Shown in pieces: positions 53,473 to 64,000 of a DNA stretch of 64,000 bases (within the stretch, counting starts at the first letter, position 1; every line of letters begins with the position of its first letter). This stretch comes from Carpediemonas membranifera BICM (taxonomy: Eukaryota; Protista; Fornicata). A program made the translations under genes and the position numbers. The notes below the pieces were generated by a model. That model was not told where the DNA came from. It was given only the letters and a program-made list of their open reading frames with translations, and ran no database searches. The stretch lies in NCBI GenBank assembly GCA_019828565.1, contig JAHDYR010000038.1, positions 1,310,265-1,374,264 on the forward strand, given 5' to 3'.

Positions 53473-55760
53473 ATGGAAACGTTCAAGATCTTAAGCCTGA
53501 ACACTCAGGGGCACATAGGACGAGGAAAGGACTTCACGGCATCAATAGCAACAGCAATTCAAACCAAACTCAGAGACATTGAAGCGGTTTGTATACAAGA
53601 GACATGGAGAACAGCAAACACAAGAGTCCACAGCTTCATAGACTTCCAGTACGCTTTAGCAGGCAGAGAAACAGAGGAAACACTAGCAACAACGAACGAA
53701 AAGCGGAAAAGAGAGACCAGGTGCCAGCATCGCGTGAACAGACAACTGGGAATCACAGGTGACGACCCCCTACACCCAAGTGGCACGGGACCAGAGAAGG
53801 CATCGGCACAATCGTAAGCCCGCATGCCAGAGCAACATGGGATGTCGGCATCACTGACAGCCTGTCAGGAAGAGTGCAGGCGAGTATTATGAGGACGAGC
53901 AGAGACATCATGGTAATCACAGTGTATGCACCCACTTCAGATAAAGGGAAGACAGTGAAAGATCAGTTCAGAGACAACATCCAAGAGATACTGGACATGA
54001 AAGGGGACATGGAAGCAATCATCATTGGGGACTGGAACATGGCCCCAGGGCCGGCACACGGAACCACCAGGTGGAAGGATGTTATGGACAAACACAAACT
54101 CAGAGCAATCATACCAGAGAGGGGCACATTATCCAGTGGCAACACCACACCGGACTTCGCAATGGTCTCAGAGGGAATCAGGAAAGCAGAGATTCAAGTG
54201 GTCAGCTCGACAGTGCTGGGAGTATGGGGGTCGGCCCACAAAGGGGTCAAGCTTGCCTGGGAAGAACCCCGATACAGAGCCAACAGAGACGATGACAGTG
54301 GCCTGGAAATGCCAGGAGTGCACACATGGAATATGAAAGAGAGGGAGGGCCACACAACAATCAAGGAGCTAGACAGAAACGGATCGATAGATCAGTGTGA
54401 GGAGACAATCAGAGCCTGCCTGGGGGAACCAGCCGGGGAGAAGAGAGCCAAACCACGAGAGCAGATAGTACAAGACAGCGCATGGGCCGACCTCCATGAA
54501 ACAGAATGGTCAGAAGCAGGCAACAAGGTGAGGACGAGACTAATGAACAGCGAACTGAAGAAGTGCTGGGACAAACGCAGAGAAGAGTGGATAGCCGACC
54601 TCAGCAAGAGCACAAGAGAGGGATACAAAGCATCGAGATCAATGGTAGAGGCTGCAGTCAGAAGATGGTGGTGCGACAACCAGTACAAAGGGATGCCTGG
54701 CAGCCTGCTCAAGGACGGAATGATCACCACGGACAAGGCCACGATCAGTGAAATCCTGCTTAAGCAGTATGCGAAGGTAAGTAGAGGCAGAGAACCAGAG
54801 TGGAAGGAGTGGCCTGGCATAGGAGGGGACGAATTCTCCAAGGAGGAAGTGAGAGCAGCCATCAGTAAGATTAAGAGAGACACAGCCCCGGGCCCAGAGA
54901 ACACAATAGGGACCATGCTAAGAGAACTCAATGAGCGAGGACTCAAGGAGCTTACCAGATTTATGAACAGGGTATATAGAGAAGGGAAGATCCCAGAGAC
55001 GTGGAAATACGCAACAGTGTCAGCTATCCACAAGACCGGAAAACTCAGAGTTAAGCCAGAGTCGTATAGACCCATCTCGCTCACCCCGTTGCTGTACAGA
55101 GTATACGGTCGGCTGTTAAAGAAGAGACTGGAGAAGGCCACCAAAAGGTTCATACCCAGAGAACAGGCAGGATTCCAACCTGAAAGGGACGTAGTGCAGC
55201 AGATCCAGTATATAGTGCAGAGACACCAGGAAGGGGGGGAGACGACCTCAGTGTTCCTAGACATAGAGAAGGCATACGACACAGTGCCAAGAGACACCCT
55301 GATGGACAAACTCCAGGGAATGGGAGTGGAGGCCCACCTTATCAGAGCAATCCAGAGCACACTACAAGAGACATGGATATCAGTGAAAGGGGCAAAGGCA
55401 TGGGAAAGAACCAACAGGGGAGTTAAGCAAGGGTGCGTACTAGCCCCGACCCTGTTTGTTCTCTTCATGGCAAACTGGCCCCACCTGGTCAGGAAAAAGC
55501 ACATGAGCGAGCCCTATGATATCAGAGAACCACCAGTGGAAACAACAAGTACCAGAGACCCACTCCCGGCAGTGCTAACCATGTTTGTGGATGACACTGC
55601 ATTCACGGGAGACACACCGGTACAGAGCCAGATCATAGCAAACCTGGTCATAGCGATCATCAGAGAACACGAAATGGGCGTCAACGAGCAGAAGAACGTC
55701 ATGATCAGTGTCGACAGAGCAGCCACGGTCAGAATAGGCGGCGTCACGCTACTACCAGCG
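53473..55760 (+). pseudogene. LINE-A ORF2: APE endonuclease + reverse transcriptase (one frameshift ~53770-53800; 3' end displaced by copy B)
   Basis: ILSLNTQG, CIQETW, IIGDWN, PDF, SAH; APGP, SYRPISLT, QAGF, FLDIEKAYDTV, GVKQGCVLAPTLF, FVDD. Confidence 0.92.
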
Positions 55761-56551
55761 GAAGAAAGAAGAAAGAAATTTATGGTGCTTGGATTCTGAC
55801 CCCGGACTGAGCTTGTTTCCCGTTGTCTTGGAACTGAGTGCCCCGGGGTACTGCCTATTTCCCGTGGCAAACTGGTCAGCAGCGTTTGCCTTGGGCTTTC
55901 GGTGCTACTGTCTCCGCGGAAAGCCGATTCCAATCGCCCCAGAGGCCCTGCGGCCATCTCCGTGCAAATATGCTTTCCTGTCTCCCTGAAAGTCCGGCAA
56001 CTATCCGGGGAGCCTGGGGGTCTGTCCTCGGGGCATTGACAGGCAGGATCGTCCTGCAGAACCTTGACTATGACACTCCTTGCTTCCCTGCAGTCCTTGT
56101 AGAGCCGTTCAGCCACGGCACCCTCTCGTCTGTCCGGTTCCCCAATTCCATGCCCCCTCGACTCTGTTAAGAAGCCTACCCGAAGGCGGGGAAAGTGACT
56201 AAGTCCATGCTGTCTACCCCGGTTAGGTGGCGTGGGTCAGGGCATGGGTGGTGTACCCCCAGGCACTAGGCCTGGTTGTCCTGTTACCCCTTACAACATT
56301 TCGCTTGCACTACATGTCCTTGGTTTCCCATGTCGTTAACAAGGGCGGCAGGGGCACCTGTGCCCCTCCGACCCCCGTGGCCAGTCCCTGCAGTTTCCTT
56401 GGGGTCCCAACGAGTGGTGCAACCATATGAATATGGATTTCCTTGACCTTATCCTTGCTCTGTCCTTGTCGCATGTCCTTTCTTTCTTATTTCTGGTCTG
56501 TCCTTCCTGTTCTTTCCTTGCAGTCGTTCCTTCCCTTGCTTTGGTTCCTGG

Positions 56552-56639
56552 GCCCCGGAGCACTCAGCTCCAGGATAATGGGAAAGCAAGCTCAGTCCGG
56601 GGCCTGATACCAGGCAAACGTAAATTTCTTTCTTTCTTT
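56552..56639 (+). mobile_element. 88-nt minimal copy (terminal stem-loop + TTTC tail) inserted antisense in B's 3' region
   Basis: Flanked by a perfect 13-bp TSD CTTTGGTTCCTGG at 56539-56551 and 56640-56652. Confidence 0.9.
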
Positions 56640-56776
56640 CTTTGGTTCCTGGCTACCGGGATACGTGGGGCCTTTCCTCACTGATCCCAGGAGCTTAGCA
56701 CCCAGCGAGGGTGGTCCATGGCTGATTCCTTGTCCATCCCTTCCCGGTCCTGGAGTCAGGGGTTCATGACATGCTT

Positions 56777-59700
56777 CTATTCCACCTTGAAGCTGTTGTA
56801 AACCTTTGCCAGTTCCCGTAGTCCTGCCGTGAGGCCTTCCCAAATGTCCTCCGAGCCCCATATTATTAGTTGCTGTAATTCTAGGATGGGTCTTTCCTGG
56901 TACCATTCGCCCTGGGGGCCCTGCCTTACTTCCAAGTCCTTAGTTTTGTGCTTCGCTGCTGTCCACAGCTTTGTCCAGGCTCCTCCCCTGTCTACTGCCG
57001 GGCATTCACAGATTATGTGCGCTGCCGATCCTAGCCTCTGGCCCTCTGCCCACTCCCTGATCATTTCCTGCTTCCTTGCTGGTCCTGGCTTTTTCCCTAA
57101 TGATCCTGTAGAACAGGCTCACCTCCGACTCCTCCGAGCATAGGGGGCATAGTCTGCTAATTTCTCTCTTCAGGTCAGCGCCTTGGGCCAGCTCTGTGAT
57201 GGCTCTCATAGGGCCCTCCCTCTCTCTGCCGACGATGGGGATGGGCTGACATTGGCTGCAATGGATACAATTCTCTTCCATTCCGCCCTGCTTTGCCCCT
57301 TCCCAGCCTTTCGGTCTACCGTAGGCTTACCTTGCAGACACTTGCTTAATTTCCTTGTCCCCATGATTTCCATTAGTCCTAGTGCCGTACGGCTTTTGCA
57401 CCGCTTCATCCACCCCCTCCTGATCGTTTCCATGCCATAATCCAGTAGCGCTGGTTTAGGGGCTCCCTCTCTGGTGCCCTCCAGTAGATGCTGCACTCTC
57501 TCCCTAGCTTCCCACATAACCGTGCCCCGCCCCCCATTCTCTGTTTCTGACTGGTATATCCTGGTCCCTGTAGTTGACTATCCTTTTGACTGCCAGCCAT
57601 TCCATGTGTGCCTGGAGGTCCACCCATCCATTCATCAGCCTCATGGCTGCGCCCCCTCCCGGTCCTGTTCCTGCCATGATTCCCTGCCAGTCATTCCAGA
57701 TCCTTCTACCTCCCGGTGCGTTCCCCCACACCTCGACTCCGAAGAGGATCCTGGGCCATATATATATTTCCAGTAGTAGCCTGCTCGCTAGTGCTGGCAT
57801 GTTTGCCCTGGTCCACCCTGCCCATCTCACCAGTCTCTTGTACCTTTCGCTCTGCTCCTGTTTCCGCCTTATGCAGGCCGACATAGGGTCCTTCCCACTT
57901 GCGATCCATAATCCCAGGTATCTCGCCTCCTTCTCTGGCAGTAGTGTTACCCCCTCGATCCTGACTAGGGCTGTTCTGTCCACGCTAATCATTACATTCT
58001 TCTGGGCGTTCACCCTCATTTCATGCTCTCTGATTATGTCCACCATTATGTTGGCGACCATCTGGCTATGCTCCGGTTTTGCTCCCTGTGACCGCAGTGT
58101 CATCCACAAACATGGTAAGTGCTGCCGGTAGTCGGTCGCTGAGGTGGCTCGTGGTCCTTGGCGGTTCTCTGATGTCGTACCGTTCTCCCTTGATTTTCTT
58201 TCTGGCCAGGTGGGGCCAGTTAGCCATGAACAGCACAAACAGTGTCGGTGCCAGGACGCACCCTTGCTTAACTCCCCTGTTGGTTCTTTTCCCATGCCTT
58301 TTGCCCCCTTGACTGATATCCAGGTTTCCTTTATTGTGCCTTGAATTGCCCTGATCAAGTGCTCCTCCACCCCCATACCCTGTAGCTTATCCATGAGAAT
58401 GTCCCTTGGTACCGTGTCATATGCCTTCTCGATGTCCAGAAAGATTGACGTGGTCTCACCCCTCCTGGTGCCGCTGCACAATGTACTGTATCTGCTGGAT
58501 GACGTCCCTGTCTGACTGGAAACCAGCCTGTTCTCTTGGTATGAACCTTTTTCGTTGCTGCTTCCAGACGTATCTTGAGCAATCTACCATAGACCCTGTA
58601 CAGCAGTGGTGTCAAGGATATTGGTCTATATGATTCCGGCTTGACCCTTGGCTTCCCTGTCTTGTGTATGGCCGACACTGTGGCATACTTCCATGCTTTG
58701 GGTACGTCGCCCTCCCTGTAGACCCTGTTGATGAGCCTCGTCACTTCCCTAAGGCCTTTCTCATCCAGCTCTCTCAGCATGTCTCCAGATGTGAGGTCAG
58801 GCCCTGGTGCGGTGTCCCTCCTGATCCTTTTGATTGCGGCTTTGACCTCGCTTTCCTTGAACTCATTTCCGTCCCTGCCCCTCCATGTCTTCCAGGTGGG
58901 TTCCCTGCCTCTGCTGACTCTAGCATACTGTTGCAAGAGGATCTCGCTGATGGCCGCCTTGTCCGTGGTTATCACTCCGTCCTTGAGGAGGCTCTCCGGC
59001 ATTCCCTTGTATTGGTTGTCACACCACCACCTTCTGATGGCAGCTTCCACTGAGGCCCTTGAGGCCCTATACCCCCTTTTGCACTTCTGCTGATGTCGGC
59101 CACCCATTTGGCCCTGCGCTCTCCCAGTATTTCTCCAGCTCCTCTTTCATCCTTTCCTTCCTGGTCCTGTTGCCTATTTCTGTCCATGAGGTTCGCTGGA
59201 GTTCGCTCCACACTCCGTTCCCGAACACTTTGTCCCTTGCCTTTGCTCCCCTGTTGTTCACTGGGTCGCCCATGCATGCTCTTATAGTCTCTTCCCATTG
59301 GTCCGAGCTCTTGATCCTGTTCAGCTTTGAGACTGTGACTGGCTCCTCCTTCTTTTTCATGGGCCAGGTGTGCACCTCGGGTATGGCCAGAGCCACGTCT
59401 CGCTCACTTCTGCCATAGTACCGTTGTTCCTTCCATGCTAGTGTGATTCCATTGTGTGCTGAGCCCCATACCCCGACCTTCTGAGACTCTACCACCTCAA
59501 TCTCCGCCCCCTGGATTCCTGGTGTTGTCACTGCAAAGTCCGGGGTTGATGTTCCTGATGTGAGCGTCCCAGACTTGGGTATGATGGCTTTGAGCCTGTG
59601 CTTCTCCATCATATCCTTCCACCGGCTGGATCTTTCCATCTGGCCTGGGTCGATGTTCCAGTCTCCCCATAATTATGGCCTCCATGCTCCCTTTCATGTC

Positions 59701-60224
59701 CATGATCTTCTGTATAGTGTCCCTGAATCCATCCTTCTCCTGCTTGCTGTGGCCGGATGGAGGGCCATACACGTTGATGACTAGTATGTCCCTGCCGGTT
59801 CTCATTATGCTGGCTTGCACTCTTCCCGATAGGCTGTCCGTTATGCCGATGTCCCACTTTGCAGTTGCGTGTGGGCTCACTATCGTGCCGATGCCTTCCC
59901 TTGTTCCCTTCCATCTTGGCGCAGGTTCGTCATTGCCTGCTATGCCTAGTTGTCGGTTGATGCGGTGCTGACTTTTTGACATCCGCCTTTCGTTTTTCGT
60001 TGGCTAAGACCAGGTCCTCTTCCGTCTCCCTCCCTGCTAGTGCGTAGTCAAGGTCCATGAAGCAATGAACCCTCGTATTCGCCGTTCTCCATGTCTCTTG
60101 TATGAGTACTGCCTCTATGTCCTTCAACCTTAGCTGAATCGCCGTTGCCATAGACGCCGTGAAGTCCTTTTCCTCTTCCTATGTGTCCCTCTGTGTTCAG
60201 ACTAAGTATCTTGTAGGTTACCAT
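56777..60224 (-). pseudogene. LINE-B ORF2: APE + RT + C-terminal CCHC-like Zn motif, multiple single-base frameshifts
   Basis: YKILSLNTEG, LIQETW, GSAHNG, SYRPISLTPLLY, FLDIEKAYDTV, FVDD, ARYLGL, LCPLC...SAAHIICECP. Confidence 0.9.
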
Positions 60225-60555
60225 TGCCTTTGTCCTGTTTCCTTATCCTGCGAATTCCCAGAATTTGGGAGCCCCAGCTTCCCGCTCCTCTCCTGCTATC
60301 CTTGTCCTAACAAGGGGCCTAGATGCCGGTCTCAGTGACCCTTGTCAGGCCAACCTTGTTACCACCTGGTGACCTTCCATTCTTCGGGCAGGGGTACTTA
60401 GGAGGGGACGATATGACGTGACCCCCTTTGGCTGCCGCTACAGCCTACCGGCAGTGCATTTCAGCTAATTCCGGGCCCTGGGTGGGAGCCAGGGCTTGTG
60501 AATTATAAAGAAAATGTTGCTTGTTCCTTGAAAGAATACTGCTTTTACCATGTCC
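60225..60555 (-). promoter_or_regulatory. Conserved structured inter-ORF spacer of LINE-B
   Basis: Same conserved blocks and hairpins as 53141-53472. Confidence 0.7.
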
Positions 60556-63500
60556 TTACTCCTCCTCCGTGGACTCCCCCACTGCCGCTGTAGCTGTCCT
60601 CGGTCTGACTCACTTGCTGTCCTTGTAGACTCTGCATTACCATGATGAACTGGGTCATCAGGTCCATGGGTGAGATCTGCTTGGCCTTCTTAGCCTTCTT
60701 GTGCTTGTGCCGGGGGATCGTGGGCTTCTCCTTGCTGGGCTTAGTCGCGACGCCGGAGAGCACCAACCTTCCGTGGCCTTGCTCTTGCATGAGTCGGGCA
60801 GCCTTGAGCGCTGAGATCTCTTGTTGCGCCTCTGCCAACTGCTTTCGGAGCCGCAGCTTCTCCGAGTCCATGCCGGTTGCCTGTCTGCTTCCAGACTCCC
60901 CAGTCCGTGTCCTCTTCGTGCCTGCTTCTCTTTCCGCTGTCCGAGTCCATGATCCTACTCGTGCTGCCCTCCTTGCGCTTGAGCGTCGTGGAGGAAGAGT
61001 GATCCTTGCTGTTGTCCATGCCTCCCTCTGAGCCTCTACCGGCCCAGGTGTTCCCGCTGAACGAGCCTCTCATCTGCGTTCCCGTGTTGTCCTGTCTCTC
61101 CCTGTCGTCTCCTCCGTGGTTACGATCCGAGGTCCTGTTCATGTTACCAGCTCTGTCGCCGGTTCTGTCGTCAGCTCTGACACCAGCTCTACCGCCGGCT
61201 CCGTGTCCTACCCTTCTGTCCTCTTCCCTGTCTCCATGCTGGTCGTGATGTCCTTGATCCGCGTCCTGGCCGAAGTGCCTGCCCACCATCCTGGTGCTAA
61301 TCCGCCTCGCCTTTTCCTCCAGGCCGTTGTCGAAGAACCTACTTTGGTATGGCTGTTCGGACTTTCTGTCGATGGTGGGGACATACGTGATGCCTGGGAC
61401 ATTGACTGTGTTGGCTCTGGGCTCGTCCGGGATAGCTGCCGAGACTAGTCTGGCCCCTTCCTTGCGCATGCGGCTTAGGATGGTCCCAGCCTCGCTGACC
61501 CTGACCATGCCCCCAGTCTCTCGGGATGAAGCTCGCCCCTAGGGTGATCCTACCCCCTGTTCCTGGGGGCCTTGACGTTGACTATGACCTTCTCATAGTC
61601 CCTGAGGCTCTCTGCTAGGTCGTCGCAGCCCCAGACTCCTTGATGAGCCGTAGCCTCCTTCGAGGGCCACCACTCGTATAGCATGGCCATGGTTATGATG
61701 TCCTCCTCCCTTGCTGCCCCTAGGCCCTTCCTGACGCGTACCATGCGGAGCTGGTTAGCCGTGGCTCTTTCCATGATGGTCCATAGCGGGCTTCTCTCCA
61801 GTACACCTTCGTTGTCCATGATTGTGAGGGGGCCAGTAAGATGCCCTTCATGCCCAACAGAACCTCCCCGAACCCGAAGCCGATGCCGAAGCGGTGTCCG
61901 TTGTCCGGGACTACGAGGATCCTGTCGCCGACTTCCCTGCTGACGTCCCTTGCGTCCCCGATCGGGTACGTGCCGAAGATCTCAAAGGGTGTATCCCTCC
62001 TTGTCGCGAATTCCGGGCCTCCCATGATATCCATGCCCGGCTCCGCCTTCCCGGACTGCTTCCATGGTCTTGTCGAGTGCCTTACCCATGTAGTGGTAGA
62101 CGTCTGGGGGTGCTCATCCTCTCCTTGCATAGGGCCCTGATCCTGGCTGTGAAGACTACTGTATCCGCCAACCCACAGTGGTAGCAACCCGCGGTGTGTC
62201 TGTGGTACGGACAGACTCCCTTGGGCTCGCTCCTGTTCTGCCATCCATTTGACCATGTTGTTACTGCTTCCAGGTAGTTGGCCTTGTCGAGGTTGTCCCT
62301 GAGGTTTTGGCCAGCCTCCCTCCTTGCCGTTGTTCTCCAGGATCTCTGGTAGCTTCTTCTCGTCCACCAGCCTAGCTTGGAAGAATTCCCTGGTTCCTTG
62401 CTCCAGTCCATTTGTGGGGTTCGTGAGGAGGAAGCTTTCCATCTCCACCCCCTTTGCATACATGATTATCTTCCAACCCTCCGACCTTTCGATCCTTGCC
62501 AGCTGAGCCGCCAGGCGGTTGGCCCAGTCCCTGAAAGTATGTATGTGCTTCTCATACTCGATCGGCGGCCGCCCCGTCCCGACCTCCACGAAGGTGGCCG
62601 GCGGCAGCCCCGTCACTGCCCATGCCGTGTACCTCGCTTGGTCCATGCTTGCTGCCGGTATGTCCTGGTAATACAGGCCATGCCCGTGTCCAAGAATGTC
62701 CCCAGTGCTGAGGTCAAAGAGTACGATCCCGCCCTCAACCGGGATGGCAGGGGATCCCTGCCTTCTTGACGCCAGGGTCTGCGCACTCGAAGTCGATGGC
62801 TCCGATCACCAGTCGTTTCTCCTTGTCCTTTCTAGGCATCCTCGGCGGCTGGCTGCTGACCTTGTTTGAGTCGACCTCCTCATCCTGGTCGATCTTGCCT
62901 TGGTTGGCCCCCGACCATGTCCTTGTTCACTTCCAGGAGGCTGTCGTCGAGGCTTCTTCTGCCGGGCATGGTGGCCTGCTGGCGTCGTTCCTCCTTGTCC
63001 TTGACATGTTGCTCCTCGTCTCCGTCGATGACCGTGCTAGCGGACGACCTGTCCAGATCGGCATGTTCGTCCCTATTGCTGCGGACCGAGGTGGCCTTGA
63101 GCACTTCCAGCCTCACCTTCCGGAACGGCGGCTCGTTGCTAAGGGGGTCTCCTCCCCTTCGCCCAGGATATTGGTTCTGCCCTTCAGGTAGATCCCTGAC
63201 TTGTTCCATGCTGCCTGCCATATGGCCGGGGCCTCCGGTGCCTGAAGCCTGAGGATGTCCCTAGCCTCCTCCATGAAGCGGCTGATGGACCATGCTGACG
63301 TGTCGCTTAGCTCTAGGATGACCCTGTACTTGCCGTCCCTCTTGCTCGTGAGGCCACTCTGGTGACCGGGCCTTGGTTTGCCGGATCCCATACCTTGTCG
63401 TATAAGGCACGCCTTCTACGGCCTCGTCTCCATGAGCCCCTGATACCAGTATGAACGACCCTTCGGCCTTCTTGACGCTGTCCCTGTCTACATCCCATTC

Positions 63501-64000
63501 GATGGGCCCATCTTCCTTCGGCTTGAGGATCGCCGTCTCGATGTCCTTCTCCAGATGGCCATCTTGCCATGCCAGTGAAGCCCGCTTTCAGCGTCTTGGG
63601 CTCCAGTGCCTGTGCCATGTCCTTTGCTTCCCTCGTCTCTGGGGTTGAGCGCCTCTGTGAGCATGTAGAAAGGTCGCGGAGGCCGTGGATGCCGCATGGG
63701 TTCCTGAGGATGATGTCCTTGTTGTCAGTGACGCCGGTTGCGAAGAGGATGCGTCTGGCGTTCATGATTACTTCCTTGCGTCCTTTGGAGTTCGCATTGA
63801 GCGACTTTCCTGTAAACTCTGCCTGTTCTACGAAGAAGTAGAGTCTTTGAATCGTTCCTTTCAGCGAGGAAGCTGTCCAGTAGTTCCCTGATGTCCTCCC
63901 ACTGCTTCTGCGTGGAATCCCTGATCCTTGTCGGTATTTTCTACCTGCATTGTTGAGTGCAAAAGATTTCTAGGTGCTGCTTGTCCGGACATGGCAACCT
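60556..64000 (-). pseudogene. LINE-B ORF1 (>1100 codons, frameshifted) containing a Maelstrom/arenavirus-NP-like DEDDh nuclease domain
   Basis: IGAIDFECAD (62810-62777), IPVEGGIVLFDLSTG, AWAVTGLPP, YAKGVEMESFLL, RLVDE, CPYHRHTAGCYHCGLAD (62213-62163). Confidence 0.75.

Larger units (their letters stand above)
50815..55760 (+). mobile_element. Non-LTR retrotransposon copy A (5'-truncated; RT interrupted by copy B)
   Basis: ORF1 remnant + spacer + APE-RT ORF, colinear with copy B; RT breaks at ...VTLLPAE where B's tail begins. Confidence 0.9.
55761..64000 (-). mobile_element. Non-LTR retrotransposon copy B (5' end beyond window), nested antisense in copy A
   Basis: ORF1, spacer, APE-RT-Zn ORF2, ~1-kb 3' region ending in the family stem-loop and (TTTC)n tail at 55761-55850. 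Confidence 0.92.

Overview
Compact, GC-rich eukaryotic genome window with short intergenic spaces and tiny 29-65 nt GT-AG introns, one with a fused ACTAAC-ACAG branch/acceptor. This is most consistent with a free-living metamonad/fornicate such as Carpediemonas (inference). Bases 1-50,100 carry about 27 host genes: RIO1 C-terminus, RRP8, PGM, DPH2, V-ATPase G, RPL27, WDR82, RPL12, PheRS-beta, RapGAP, BPI-like, COG4-like, an E(z)-like SET protein, SCYL2-like, a 12-TM nucleotide cyclase, EXO1, two members of an RCC1-like family, and others. This part also holds an orphan cathepsin-B half-gene and a decayed Fanzor/TnpB C-terminal fragment. Bases ~50,170-64,000 are a nest of one APE-type non-LTR retrotransposon family: a 3'-end fragment, a 5'-truncated + strand copy (A), a - strand copy (B) inserted antisense into A's RT, and an 88-nt stem-loop+tail copy inserted antisense into B with a 13-bp TSD. 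Main discovery candidate: ORF1 of this LINE family encodes a Maelstrom / arenavirus-NP-like DEDDh nuclease (D-F-E ... P-V-E ... C-P-Y-H ... H-C-x-L-A-D) with apparently intact catalytic and Zn ligands. ORF1 is separated from the APE-RT ORF by a ~330-nt conserved, structured, IRES-like spacer. All assignments are from motif recognition by eye; no database searches were run.
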